A stretch of DNA of 64,000 nucleotides, taken from NCBI GenBank assembly GCA_009103225.1, contig RHPI01000777.1, positions 1 to 64,000 on the forward strand, written 5' to 3'. This DNA is from Chlorokybus atmophyticus (Eukaryota; Plantae; Mesostigma and Chlorokybus algae). The notes under the pieces are model-generated. The model had not been told where the DNA came from. It saw nothing but the letters and a program-made list of their open reading frames with translations, and made no database searches. Both the position numbers and the translations under genes were made by a program. Below are positions 33,413 through 46,584 of this stretch, piece by piece; position 1 is the stretch's first letter; every line of letters begins with the position of its first letter.

Positions 33413-34521
33413 ATGGTCATCTTGGCGGCGGTGCGCCCCACTGGTGACAGCGTGCGGCGGCACCTGACGAAGCATGCGTGAGTGTATTTTATCAATTGCG
33501 CAGCACGTGTTCTCAGTCTCAATAAGCATTGAATCCTTAGCTGGCATGGCATGGCATGGCATGGCATGGCTTGCTTGTGTTAACTACTGAGTCTACGAAG
33601 AGCCAGTCTTATGTGTGGTCAGACTCAATGCCACTCTGTTGTGTATGCATGCAGCCCGGACTTCAACTACCCGGCGCAGCATGTTGGGGCTTCGCACTTC
33701 GGGGAGGGTGTTCCGCCGGCTCCGTTGAACGGTCAGGTTTCGTACTTGCTTGGTTGCGGACAGTTCCTCCGCGTTAACGGCTGTTTCTCACAACTTGGAG
33801 ACTGTATGGCAGGTGGCAAGTACGCCATCAATAGGACCCAAGTGCAGATTGGGACAGGCAAGGACACTTATGCGCGCGCGAAGCGACTACTCAACCGCTG
33901 GGGGTAATGTGAGCAGTAATCATGCAAATTAGCACTGAACGCCATCCATGTTGACATGCACTGGGCAGTCTGCTACTGTTGCGTGCACCCAACGGAGACA
34001 ACCTCTGTCAGACACTTCCAGCTTGGGTGGACGTTTGTACCTGCTAGTACACCCATAGAGAAGGGCGAACGGCTTTGCGTTTGCTTCAACGCTGTGCTAC
34101 TGTGGGCACTGTTGCCATTGCGAATTGTGTATGTGGACGACTCAACCATGCCGACGCGCACTCACAAAGCGCAGTTTGCTTTCGCTCATGGGACGACCAA
34201 GGGCCACATGCTGGTGAGTGTTGTGGTTGGCAACAGTCGCCTACTGTCTAACAACAGAAGGAATTCTCTGCTGACGCATATGCGCATGTGTTGAGCTGCT
34301 GGATGCACGCACAGGCTGGTGAGGAGCGCGTTGCGCTGGAACACAGAGCTGATGATACTGTCTGGTATGACATATCGTCGTTTTCGCGACCGGGCGGCCC
34401 TCTGGCTGTTGTCACGTACCCAGTGATCAGGTTCTTGCAGAGGAAGTTTGCTTTGGACTCCGTAAAAAGCGTGGTGGAAGAATTGAAAGGAGCACCTGAA
34501 GTGCTTGAGGTTCATTCCTGA
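33413..34521 (+). CDS. DUF1990 (UPF0548) family protein, 5 exons
   Basis: MVILAAVRPT...|PDFNYP...|YAINRTQVQIGTGKDTYARAKRLLNRW|HFQLGW...LLPLRIVYVD...FAHGTTKGHML|AGEERVAL...VWYDISSFSRP...YPVIRFLQRKF. Exons join at GT-AG sites in phase. Confidence 0.88.
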
Positions 34522-35544
34522 ACAGCTTCTTGCCTGTGCTTAGCTCAGTGTCATGTATGACATGGCAATGTGTTATCATGACGTGCAAGTTGGCTGGTTT
34601 TACTGGTTGTGCACTACAATCTCGGTCTGCAGTGTAACACAATGTACGTTGTGTTTATATATGTACGTTCATACACAAGAATATCACTTCAGCTTTGATC
34701 GTGACCACTTCGCCACACAGAAAACATACTGCAGGTGATGCGGAGGAAAAGCAGAGATGGTCTTGCCCCAACACGCCCCAGACCACACGGTAAGCACCAG
34801 CTCTGTGATTGTAGTTATGTATGGATGTGCAGGTGGTCGTGGCAGGTATTGGTCACCGCGACGCTTGCCTTATGTTGTGTTGTAGTCAGCCATTGAGTTG
34901 AAAACAACCATGTGTACAAGAAAACTGTGATTGACAAAACAGATGCTTGCACAAGCGTCCCTTTGCAGGTGGTTATTGTTGTATGGTCCTTGTTGTCCTC
35001 AGTTACAGTTGGTAGTAAATAGCATGTAAACTAGTTGAGGGCGCTCGATGAGCACTGCTCGTTTATTCAACTGTTACTTGTGATTGCAATTGTGACTTTA
35101 GTTGTTTTGCTGCGTGGCTGCATGAGTGCGTGCATGCTAACGAATGACTTTCCATATACTATGCATGCACATTCACGGAGAACGATACTTATGCACAATT
35201 GCAGTGACGAGCAAGCAGCTGGACAACTTCACCTGTACACCATAGGTGAGTTGTCCAGCTTTCAATCACGTGGAGCTGTGCAAGTTGGTAGAGGCTGGCA
35301 TTGCCAGTACTCTCCAGTGGTGTCGACGCATGGGTCAAAATGTCCAACACATGCTCTCTCTGCTTATATCATATCAAACGGTCACAAGGGCCATGTGTTA
35401 AAGCCATAATAGTCACCAAGCAACACAAGCTCAGAGCAATAGCAGTGCAAACACACATGACAGCAAGTCAATAATGCTAGCATGCATCAGCTAGATAAAC
35501 CTCATGCCAAGAGCACCACCAATCCTGATGGGTAGCCCTGGAGC

Positions 35545-35841
35545 AGGTTGTGGTAGTGGCCAACTGGGAGCTGGCACACTACTGTAGATATTCTCTCCAC
35601 ATGCTTGTGGCTTTCTAGGTGTAGTGAGGTACTTGCGTTTACACGGTCGGCTGAGCGTCACATGCTGATGTGCGTGAGAGTTGTAGGTTGTGGTAGTGGC
35701 CAACTGGGTAGTGGCCAACTGGGAGCTGGCACGCGGCTGTAGACATTCTCTCCACATGCTTGTGGCTTTCTAGGTGTAGTAAGGTACTTACATTTGCAGT
35801 GTCGCCTGAGCATCACATGCTGATGTGCGTGAAAGTTGTAG
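35545..35841. repeat. Two-copy ~140-bp tandem duplication with internal 14-bp duplication
   Basis: AGGTTGTGGTAGTGGCCAACTGGG...CACATGCTGATGTGCGTGA(G/A)AGTTGTAG starts at 35545 and 35685. Confidence 0.85.
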
Positions 35842-36436
35842 CGTAATCAGCGTCGCCATGCTTGCGGCTTGCGCAGCTATGCCCGATGGCGGAATGAAGC
35901 TCAACAGACCTATCTACCCACCACAGCTGAAGCATACTTATCACACAGTCACAATCACCACGTTCTTGTGGAAGGCATGCACGTCTGTTTGTGTAAACAG
36001 TGCACACGTCTGCATTGCTACATAGACACATTCAACTACGCTAAATTACATGAACAGTACACCGGGCTCAATAATTCCATGTTAATGCAGCACTCCAGAA
36101 AAACCCCATATGTCTCAAACCTTATTTCCATAACTTTGCCATTACAGTACTCATTACAGAACTACTGTCCAGGGCCACCACTCCCTACATCTCCCTCTGC
36201 ATCGACCTCACCAACATACCATCCAGCCGTTGTTGCCACAACCTAGCCCACCACCCCACCAACCAGCCCCGCCACTATCACTAACCTGGGTCCCCCATTA
36301 TTGAACGGACTTCAACAAGTGAGAAATGTCCAGAAAAAATGGTGGACAACCTCAACGTACCTACCAGGCTACCTACCTAACAAGACAGATTACAGCTACA
36401 TAGATAGCTACACGTCGTGCAGCCTTCATCTTCTGG

Positions 36437-37392
36437 TCAGACACAAGACTGCTGGAGGCTGTCCATGATCTCCTGGTCAGACACCAGTCTTGTGGCAGCT
36501 GTCCATAATGAAGCCGTAGACGAACCGTACAACACCCATACAGCTGCAGGTCCCACCTCAGGTCCTGAGCCCCACCACTCCGCCACCACCCAGCCGCATA
36601 CTACCTCACCAACTTTATGTACATTATGTAGTAGACATAACGCCAGCAGGATTGCTGGTAAAGAGCTATGCAACCTGCAACAAGCTCCTGACTGCTGACG
36701 ATGCAGCCTCCCTTTGTTCGAAGCGCCTGGCAGCTGGTGGCGAGCCCATGATAAAAGAGGGCAACGGCACAGCAGAAGGCGGTGGCGAGGTGTATGATGC
36801 AGACGCCCAGCGGGTTTGGGTAGGTGTTGGGGTTTGAAGGGATCTCGGGGTTTTTGACTGGCCAGGGGTCACAGATGGTGTTGACTGGGCACTTTCCTCA
36901 GACACACCAGACTTGCGATGCTGTACAAGGGAAGTAATGAGGCCTTGCGTAATCGATGTGATACACAGGGCATAGCATGCCCTACGCAGCGTTTCGACAC
37001 CATGTATAATGACGCCAGTCACAGGCATTTGGTAACGGCTGACGACTGGCATGCTCAACGGAGCCGGCAGACCGTCCGACAACACGAATAGAGATCTGCT
37101 AGGACTTGCACACCAATGTCTGCTGTACCTTGCGCTTAGAGTTTGGGGAATTGCTTTGCTTGCTGCCGGTTCGGGCAACGCGTGCTTCTGAGGCAGGGAA
37201 GGGAGCAGGGGTGGTGGGGAAGTAAGGCACCAACTCACGGCCGTAGCCGGGGAGGCGGGTCTTAAGCTTGTGCTCCTGGCTCGCCGCAATCATCCTGTCC
37301 AGCAGGAGCTCGTCGTCTCCGGCAAAAACGGCGGTGCGGGCCGTCAACATGTGGGGCGGCACTGGCGCCGGCACAACGCGGACAGACGACAT
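36437..37392 (-). CDS. Possible multi-exon gene of unknown function
   Basis: GGC-rich leader plus UTR-like intron, then ATG at 37392 (MSSVRVVPAP...) and overlapping ORFs 37099-37392, 36666-37289, 36437-36673 with splice-like sites. I could not build a fully consistent splice model or recognise a domain. Confidence 0.35.
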
Positions 37393-38639
37393 CTTGATGT
37401 TTGACTCCTCCAGGCCTGTACGGGCCGCAACGGCAAGTCACCTCAGAACGTCCAGACCGCTTTGGACGGCCACCACCACGTCCAACACCACCGCCGCCAC
37501 CGCCGTCACGCTGTAAGGCATAGCATACTGCGGACGTGGAGCTCGGCTGCAAGCATGTGCTTACCAAACAGCGGTCAACGGTTTGTGCCAATACGGGACT
37601 AACCAGCAGAACCGTTTTGGTTGCCGACATCTAATGTATCTCTGGTAGAAGAGTGCGCGTTTCAGATGATTGTGTCTTGATATCCGTAAACATATGGTTA
37701 GGTGTGGCGGCTTAACCGAGATCGCGCTATTGTCTCTTCAATCGTGCCGCAAACTTGATGGGTGTCCGTTCGGCCCGTTGCGCGCCGGCCTTGAGCAGCG
37801 GTGCCGCGCGGCGCAGGCGCATGATGATCGCCGCGGCCGGGCAGCAGCCGGAGTGAAAAATCTTCTCGATGGCGTCTTAGCCTATATGGCGTCTTGGCCT
37901 AAACCAGTGTAACTTGCCGGCCACGGACGCTTCCTGTCTCTGTGGTCAGCCGGCCACGCACGCTTCTTCTCACGCCTGAAGCGTGCGCGAGTCTCACCGA
38001 GAAAGCGAAGCAAAATAACCCCTGGTCGACCAGCACTGTATGTCGCTCCGTCGGCCGATACTCCGGACGATTCGCGTACTGGAGGTTGTATCTGATCAAC
38101 CCATTGACCGCAGCAACACTGGTACCGGTACAGTCTACCCCCGCTATATGAATACCATCTATCACCAAGGTTTTAGTCTTATGCTTGCATAGTCTTACGA
38201 CGCATACAGACAGATTCAAGAATATGTTCAAGGAAATGAGCGAGAAATACATATCTACATGATTTGAACATTACATATAATAACATATAACAGACATTAA
38301 AGCTGCGCAAGGCATATTGTTGCAGAATTTGTGTTTGCATGTGAGGCAAGCAATAGTGCACACAACAAGGCAAGTAATTAAGGTGGGGGCCCATAGAGTT
38401 GACAACGCGGACAAGCATACACTAGACTTAAACTACCACCTAGCACATGAGACCCGCAAGTAGCATGCATGGTAGAGGCAAGCAGGGGTGGCAGCAATTG
38501 CGAACAAGCACCACGCAGCGTAACGCAGCGGAGAAAGAGAGGCAGAACTTTGCTCGAGAGTCTGCCACGTCACCAAGCATGATGACGACGACGCACAAAT
38601 ATTGCTTGGCCCCCGCTGACTCCATGCCTCCGCCATCTT

Positions 38640-39200
38640 TAGTATGCTGCACCGATCATATATCGTTGCTGCAGTATTTGCTGGCTAACTTGTTTGTTAG
38701 CACAACGGGTGTCCAGCTGCACAGGCAATCAATTGGTATCCCGATGGGAATAATGCAGGCGTGTACGTTGCAAACTTATACTTGGGATTCAAAATATCAA
38801 CATTTGTAACCGCGCTCAAAGCTCAGAGTTTGAGTGCAGTTACAAATTCAAATGATCAGCTACAGAGGTGGGCTACTTCGGTTCTGAGGTATGTTGATGA
38901 GCTGTTGGTCATTGACATGCGTAACCTTGATAAAAATATGTGTGATGCATCTTGGGTTGGGGCATCTACCCTCAGCATACCCTAACAGTGACAGAATCAG
39001 GGTTGAGTGACAAGCAGTTTCAAGGCATTCCGCGTAGAAGAGCACCCTATCCAAGCACGGACATTGCCAAACAAGCGAAACTGGGGGTGGTATCACAATG
39101 CATATACTTCTGCGCCTTAGCACTCACCGCTCACACTTTGTGCAAAGCATGGCAGAGTTGCTGTGGGCAATGCAAGGTGAGGGTTATGCTAAGAATGGGT
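38640..39200 (+). pseudogene. Penelope-like (Naiad/Chlamys-type) reverse transcriptase fragment
   Basis: LLQYLLANLFV...HRQSIGIPMG / (frameshift) NAGVYVANLYL...RYVDELLV...GIYPQ..LTVTE. The GIPMG-x-N-A...ANLYL, RY(V/I)D and GIYP motifs fit this PLE clade as I recall it. Confidence 0.7.
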
Positions 39201-39488
39201 TGGTGGCAAAGCTACGCAGGTGGAGGCACAGGCAGCGGGGCATGGTTTATTAACAGCACCTATCCACACCTGTTCCAACTACTGTTCAACAGGCTAACAA
39301 CCCCGACACCGTCCAACAGGTAAGTGAGGTGTGAATGGGGAGCAGACTACTTCTGCCCGCATGTACGTCAAGTGTTATATCATGCTTGGTACTTTCCAAC
39401 TATGTTACCGTAATAAACTTGTGACAATGCCATGCCAAGTATTGGATTGAAGTGCGGCGTACTCAATGCTGCTTCCTGACTCATGTTG

Positions 39489-40866
39489 AGTAAGTTACAA
39501 ATAAGTACAATGGACGGCGGCCTGCCTGTGACGGCAACACCGCACTTTAAAGTGACGGCCCATTGTCGGTCGTCCCATTTGCGCGATGGCGATCTATCTG
39601 TATAGCAGGTAAGTCATATTTTGGTCACATACAGTGACGGTCAATTGTCGGTCGTACCCTGACTGTTGACAAGTATGCGCGACGGCCTGCCTATTTTGGC
39701 AAGCCAGTTACCGTTAGTCCCTACCAGGTGACCTTACAGCATTTATTAAGTGACGACCGATCTCCGGTCGTGCACTTAACGCGGCAACCTATTTATTGTG
39801 TGTCAAGTATGATAAGCAAGTGACCGCCGGTCCCTAAAGGTCGGCAAGTCGGGACGGTGGTACTGGCCGGCAAGTCGAGACGCTGGTACAATGCAGCCGC
39901 CGTACTATGTCAATGGTACGAACATATCGTGCCATATTAATGGTACGATAGTGCCATTGCGACAATGGTACTTTCGTACCATTATAATATTACGATAATG
40001 CCGTTGCGAGTCACGTTTCGACAATGCGTTTGAATAACTTGGGCTGCCCAAGTTATTCAAACGCTCAACGGCTTCAAGTTGAACAGAGCGTTGTGGGCGG
40101 CGGCGGCGGCGGCGGCAACGGCTAACAGTAGGTGAGCTTAGTTGCTGACTGACGTTGTACTACGCGCAACACCGCATGCCATCTAACCACCCTCCTTGCC
40201 TTAGGGCGGCCAGGCCAGGCCAGGCTAGGCAAGACCAGGCCAGGCGGCGGCAGCGGCGGCGGAGAAGGAACGGCGGCGGCGGAGCTGGAGCGGGCGGTGC
40301 AGGAGCCGGTGCTCAGTACAAGGGTAGTACTAGCAGTAGTACCTAAGGTAGTAGTAGCAGTAGTGGTAGTGGTAGCAGTAGTGGTAGTCTAGTTGTACTA
40401 GCAGTATTAGTAGTAGCTCAGTAAATTATACTGTAATTTATTTGCTTTTTATTATTTATCATGCAGTCTTGCACAGCTGATGACGACAATCACGTGTGAC
40501 ACCTAATCATGACTGAGCGGTATCAGCAGGTACCTTTGAAGGTGTACATTATTAACGGTAAGTACCTTAATGTACCTGACAATTTCGCTCCATTAGCGTA
40601 CAGTTGCCGGTACCTAACTGATAAGTACCGGTTAGTTACCTGTTAGTTAGGTCAAGTCCCCTTTGCTTAACTGTTGAGTACCTAACAGGTACCTATTAAT
40701 CAGGGTCACTCCCTTTATGCAAATGGCCGCCAACTAATGGTGACGGCCGTTATGCTCAGGTCCCCGTATCGAGATCGTTGATAGACTGAAAGTCGACGGT
40801 CCAAATAAGTATCCTCAGGTGCACGGCCGTCGCCAATGTTCAGTCGGCCGGCAGGGGAAACATTTT
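39489..40866 (+). mobile_element. Unclassified TIR-less element, copy 2 (left boundary approximate)
   Basis: Same module order as 13206-22533: GACGGC-rich left arm, degenerate GTACCATTATAAT palindromes (~39928-39994), hairpins (40026-40064 and AACGCTC...GAGCGTT), (GGC)n, GGCTAACAG-AGGTG, GTA-rich tract, GTTGCCGGTACC..ATAAGTACCGG, GTATCGAGAT..TAGACT..AAATAAGTATC. The last 53 nt align without gaps. Confidence 0.65.
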
Positions 40867-43552
40867 GCGTTGTGCCCTCACTGCTCTCTGCAGGTGGTTG
40901 ACTCTTGCCATGCTACCCTATTCTTCCAATTCCCACTACTTCAGGGTCTAAGGTTTTTTCTTAATGGTCGCCTTAGTTGTGTAAGGCTCTGCCTTAGCCT
41001 CCGCCTAATTGTATCACTGTTCGCTTGTGTTTGCGCTCTGTGATTGTGCATGGATTGTGCATAGTGTGCAACATAGCATCTATGGCCCCTCTCCGCTTGA
41101 GACTGCTATCTAGCAACTCTATTACAGGTTTTATATAACTATATAAAAAGTATATGTGCTTGATTTCTTATATAGTACAATATCATAGGGTTAAATACAT
41201 ATAACGTCGTTGTCTCCTCATGATGTGAGCATAATAAAGCAAAAATCGACATATGTTTCAACATTTACTCACGGCCAAGACTATTCTTGTGCACAAAGAT
41301 GTTTAACAGAGCAGACGTCGGTGCCCTAAGAATTTTGTTTTATGACGGAGTAACCATTAGCGAATATTATAATAGCGGGGGTAGACTGTAATCATCATAT
41401 CGCCGGCGGAACAATATCGAAGTACCGGTGCTGCTGTCACACTATTATCGATTAACTCGTGGTATTAGCGAAACAATACATTTATTGCTAAAGTTAATGA
41501 CATGCAAAGTGAACTGTAAACGTTGTTAGCGTGTTTTTTTTTGTGTCACAGGAAGGTAGCTTGTATGACTCATACATGCTATAAGCATGCAACTTAAGCA
41601 ACCATCCGTATTGGCAGTAATTTCATGTTGTTTGCTATAATTTTACGTTGTTTATCGTGTATTTGCATCACAATCATCTTTGAATTCTAACATAAGATGG
41701 TGTGAATACAATTGATACGTAGTAGCGTATTGTTATGACATAAAAGCGTGTACACAACTTGCATGTGCATGCATTGTGGTTTTGCAATTGGTTTTGCAAT
41801 ACATGTGCAAGATTCAAGCACATGTGTACATGCGCAAAAGCGCACTCTTATCGACGTGTACATAGGATGCAACATAGTTCTTGCACATGCAAGTCACACC
41901 GCATTCACATGACACACACAACCTCATAACATGCTTCACTGTGCCTGCAATCCCAAAACGCCACCGCTCGCTTGTAAGTTGCATGTAAGCTTAATTGTGT
42001 AACAATTTGTATTATTGTTGTCTTGCTTTGTTTGTGGCCGTTCATACAATATGTTGCTCATGGCTAGTGGCCCTATTACTACAGCATATGTAACATAGTG
42101 TACAATACATATACCCACAATAAACAAAGATTATGCGAGATGGTCATAATTACTACAAACATTACAAATAATAATAAGGCACAGTGCCAAGGGCTGGCCA
42201 AAGCCCCTAACAGCTTAATGTTCAACTAGACGGGCAAGTGACAAACATCATGTAGCAGGCAGCGGAGGCAAGCAGCAATGAGGAGAGCAGTCATAGCTCG
42301 CACAGCAGCCCACTTGAAATGGCAGCGCCACCGTTAGCAATTTCCAAGAGCAGGCAGTGCCGATAGTAGCGGCGCCGAAGTTTAAAATCAAATTGCCTGT
42401 ACACGTGCTCGCGCAAGCGTCCGTGTGTACAGAAAAATGAAGACGTTATTGTGTGTGCTTCCGCTCGCACGCAAGGTAGTGCAAAATACATATGTTTTGT
42501 ATACATTGTTGTCATGGATGCTTAAGCATTATGCGTGTGTGCACACGCACATACAACCATTGCCATTGATATCATAATTTAAAGGTGCATGTAGCCCAGC
42601 GTGAACACTATGTGCGCAAGTATTATATGAGCAATTCTGTAGGTTCTTGCGTCCGGCATGTTGGGAGTCTCGTTACTTGGCATGATGAAGAAACAGGCTG
42701 CACAGCTATGTGGCGTATTCTACGAGCACCTAGTCTACCCGCCCGCGGGGGGGGCCNNNNNNNNNNNNNNNNNNNNNNNNNNNNNNNNNNNNNNNNNNNN
42801 NNNNNNNNNNNNNNNNNNNNNNNNNNNNNNNNNNNNNNNNNNNNNNNNNNNNNNNNNNNNNNNNNNNNNNNNNNNNNNNNNNNNNNNNNNNNNNNNNNNN
42901 NNNNNNNNNNNNNNNNNNNNNNNNNNNNNNNNNNNNNNNNNNNNNNNNNNNNNNNNNNNNNNNNNNNNNNNNNNNNNNNNNNNNNNNNNNNNNNNNNNNN
43001 NNNNNNNNNNNNNNNNNNNNNNNNNNNNNNNNNNNNNNNNNNNNNNNNNNNNNNNNNNNNNNNNNNNNNNNNNNNNNNNNNNNNNNNNNNNNNNNNNNNN
43101 NNNNNNNNNNNNNNNNNNNNNNNNNNNNNNNNNNNNNNNNNNNNNNNNNNNNNNNNNNNNNNNNNNNNNNNNNNNNNNNNNNNNNNNNNNNNNNNNNNNN
43201 NNNNNNNNNNNNNNNNNNNNNNNNNNNNNNNNNNNNNNNNNNNNNNNNNNNNNNNNNNNNNNNNNNNNNNNNNNNNNNNNNNNNNNNNNNNNNNNNNNNN
43301 NNNNNNNNNNNNNNNNNNNNNNNNNNNNNNNNNNNNNNNNNNNNNNNNNNNNNNNNNNNNNNNNNNNNNNNNNNNNNNNNNNNNNNNNNNNNNNNNNNNN
43401 NNNNNNNNNNNNGGACCTCTCCCCCCCCCTCCTCTCCCAACACGCATTCAATGCCAGCAAAGCACATCAGTCAATGCATTCATGGCAAAGTATACAAGAT
43501 GCAATGCACTATTGCATGCGAGCATGTGCGGTTATCGCTAGTTACATTGGAC

Positions 43553-44402
43553 TCAATTGTCTCGCTTGTTGATCAGCCATGCTACAAACATGCACGGTGG
43601 TGCAACTATAAAGAATAGAGCGACTGAGAGGTTGGGTGAGGTCTGCAGAGCCGGCACCAGCAGACTCCCGTACTTAACAGCTGCAGCGCCTCCGAAAGAA
43701 ATCAGAGCAAGTTTAAAAAGGAACTCTCTGTCCTGCAAGGCAGTGCACAGCGTGTTAGCTGATCAGCTCTTAGTTGGTGGGATCAACCACAACCATGCAG
43801 CTAGCTGTTACTCATCTGCAACCATTGCTACGGTGACCGGAGATGAGCATGAAGTGAACAAAGCAGAAGCAGTCAACTGGTAAGCCAAGATCTGAGAGCA
43901 ACACCATGGCAAGCGACGAGCACATAACACAAGCTTGACATTGTCCAACGCTGTCTTGTCTCCCTTACTCATGCGCAAGTACGTGAAGTGAGACAACTTC
44001 AAGCGCAATTCTGAGATTGTGCGCAGCTTGCAAGGTTGCTATTGGTTCACAAACGCAAGCACACTGCCGAAGTACTTTGTTTCAACCATGAATACCACTA
44101 TGCATATAGCCGGTAGTCTTGCGATAGAGACTTACTGAGGTGAACCCTATCGCCTCATCCAACTCCTTGTCCGTCTTTGGCTGTGACTTGGCAGTGCTTG
44201 GCGCCTGCTTCACCTCAGCCTGCTGATCTCTGGCCTGGGCTCTGGCCACAAGCTTCGAAGAACCGTGCGGTAGTCTCACTGACGGCCTGCATGTCTTCGT
44301 CAAGCGTTTAGCACCAATGCGACAACAGCTTTCACTGAACGACGACGGCCTGCATGTCCTCGGCAGCACCGCCGCCGCCCCTGGCGACGCGCAGGCCAAC
44401 AT
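43553..44402 (-). CDS. Small plastid-targeted membrane protein (cyanobacterial-type two-helix domain)
   Basis: Exon 1 (44402-44136) is a Ser/Arg/Ala-rich transit-peptide-like leader ending AIGFTS|. The last exon reads DREFLFKLALISFGGAAAVKYGSLLVP...PNLSVALFFIVAPP..FVAWL, resembling a conserved plant/cyanobacterial FxxKxxxxS..xIKYG membrane protein. Confidence 0.65.
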
Positions 44403-44604
44403 CGTCACCGATATTCGCGGCTTCTAGTGCCTATCTCAAGTGTTGCAAGCTAAAGTCTGCAGGATATCTGCAATTGTTTTGGATATCGCCTGCTTGCTAA
44501 AACCATCATTGTCGCCTAGTCAGGGCGGCGCTGGCGTCAGCGGCGGCGGAGGCGAGCAAGCGTGCGTCGTTGCCGCCGTGCCACCATCAGCGTCGTCAGT
44601 AAGC

Positions 44605-46584
44605 ATGATGCCTTCCACCTCCTCCTTGCTGCGCACTGCGAGCGTGGCCAGTCCTTTGGACCTTTCTGATGGGGACCGGCGGCGAGGCCAGCAGCGGCAC
44701 ACTGAGCTGTGGTGAGGCCTTTCTCCATCACATGCCTTGCTACAATATTTTGTTTTCATTCTAAGAGCTGCATCAGTTGCCAGCAGTACATGTCACTGCT
44801 CATACATGTGCTTCTCTCAAGGCAGCTGATCCGGATGTCAAGAGTTATGCCAACCGTTATGGCATGGCTCTCTTGACGACCAGTTGCATGCACATGGACA
44901 TCATCTCACACTGCACTAGGCGTTGGGGTATGCTGCTGTGAGTTGCCCTCTCTATTTGAAAAATCAGTAAGCTGACCGGCATGTTGTCAATCGCAATGTG
45001 GTCAATGTCACTCACTGTGCGATCTGATTGCTTCACGTAGGTCTTGTGCTGCTGTTTTGCCAACATGCGTGGACTATACACAGGCAACCGTCAACGTGCC
45101 TGACGCAACGGCTCAAACCAGCTGTCGCGCTAGATACAGTCGTGAGAGCATCAGATCTGCCCCCCAAGCTGGTGAGCAAAGTTCATCACCAGCCCATGTC
45201 TTCAATTGTTGCATGCACCGCACTGTGGGGTCAATGAGTTGATATTAGCGCTTTGACATCCAGTCGTAATGCATGTTACTGAAGGGTCCAAGCTGAGAGC
45301 AATGTCTGAACTTTACCTGACTGCACAGTTATTGTGGCTAACTTCATGTCGTGCAGCACCCAAAAAGGTTTCAAGTTACTAAGCGAAGAGCCTCTTCAGT
45401 TGATGCACAGGCAATACCGTTGGCAAAGTCGGATGCTCAAGAAGGCGACGTTGAGCCGTCCTTCCCGGCAGAGGCTAGCACGCACGGCAGTGAGGTGGGC
45501 ATGTGGATACGGTTGCTGAATGTTGCAATGATGTTGGCTGCGAGCATGGCATGCTCGTCATCTGGTGATGACTTCAGTATGCTACGGCGCATGACCTTTC
45601 GAGTACAGATCTTGAAGCGGCCGCCATCCCTGTATCAGAAAGTGTCGCCAGTTTCTCCTTCAGCCATAAGGCCAACCCCGAGGCCAACCGGCACCTTCGT
45701 GAAGCGCTCTTTGGCCACGTCCAGAGCGCCTAGAAGCATGCCACCAGTCACTGATGCGACCAGTAATGGCAATGGCAGTTACAGTAGCGCCCACCCACCA
45801 CCTGCAAAGGCAGCGTTGCGTGTTCAAGACACAAAGGCTGAGGCAGCTGAACTCAATGTTGCCGTTGGTGAGCGAGCTGGAGCAGATGTTGTTGCACAGC
45901 CCAGTCACGACGACAAGGTAGCTTGATAAGCCTGCCAACGCTAGCCAACTTGCAAAGAAGCTGAGCGCATGCTGCGTGTATGCATTATGTGCCACTTCAC
46001 ATACAATAATTTTGCAGAATCAACAAGATGACATCGTTGTGAATCAGGGAGCTGTTTCTGCAGTGGAGGACTTGGAAGATAGCAGAATAATGCACAAGGC
46101 AGGTGGCCAGAGTGATCAAGTAGTGCGGTTGCAGCTGCAAGGCACAAGCGAGGAGTTGTTGAGGTACCAGCTGTTATTCATACGGCTGCAGCAGTGCGCG
46201 CTGGAGACGGAGTTGGAAGAAGAGCGCCAGCTGACCGACTTAAAGCTGCAAGTCAAGGATGCCAGCGTGCGCGGCAGCTTGCTTGCATCTCTTGGCGCGT
46301 TTGATGAAGGTTCCTCGCGATCCCGCTTTGCACAGCAAGAGGCGCAGAAGGCTGTGCAAGAGAAGGATGAGCTCGAGGGTGCGCTGGAGCTTGAAATGAG
46401 AAGGATTGAGGTCCTGAGGTCGCGAAGGAGGGAGGCTTTGGTTGAAGTGGTGCTCAGCGTGTCGAACGGCGTGCTGCCAAGTGCTGCTTTGCTGGAGCGC
46501 ATTGGTGTCAAGTCCCCAGAGGTTGCTGCCACCTTGCTTCAGGCTTCGAGGCAGAACGAGCAGAGCAGTTTGTACATATTTTAG
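44605..46584 (+). CDS. Multi-exon hypothetical protein with C-terminal coiled coil
   Basis: In-phase exons at 44605-44711, ~45041-45171, ~45329-45917 and ~46018-46584 (LQQCALETELEEERQLTDLKLQ...EKDELEGALELEMRRIE). No family recognised. Confidence 0.55.
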
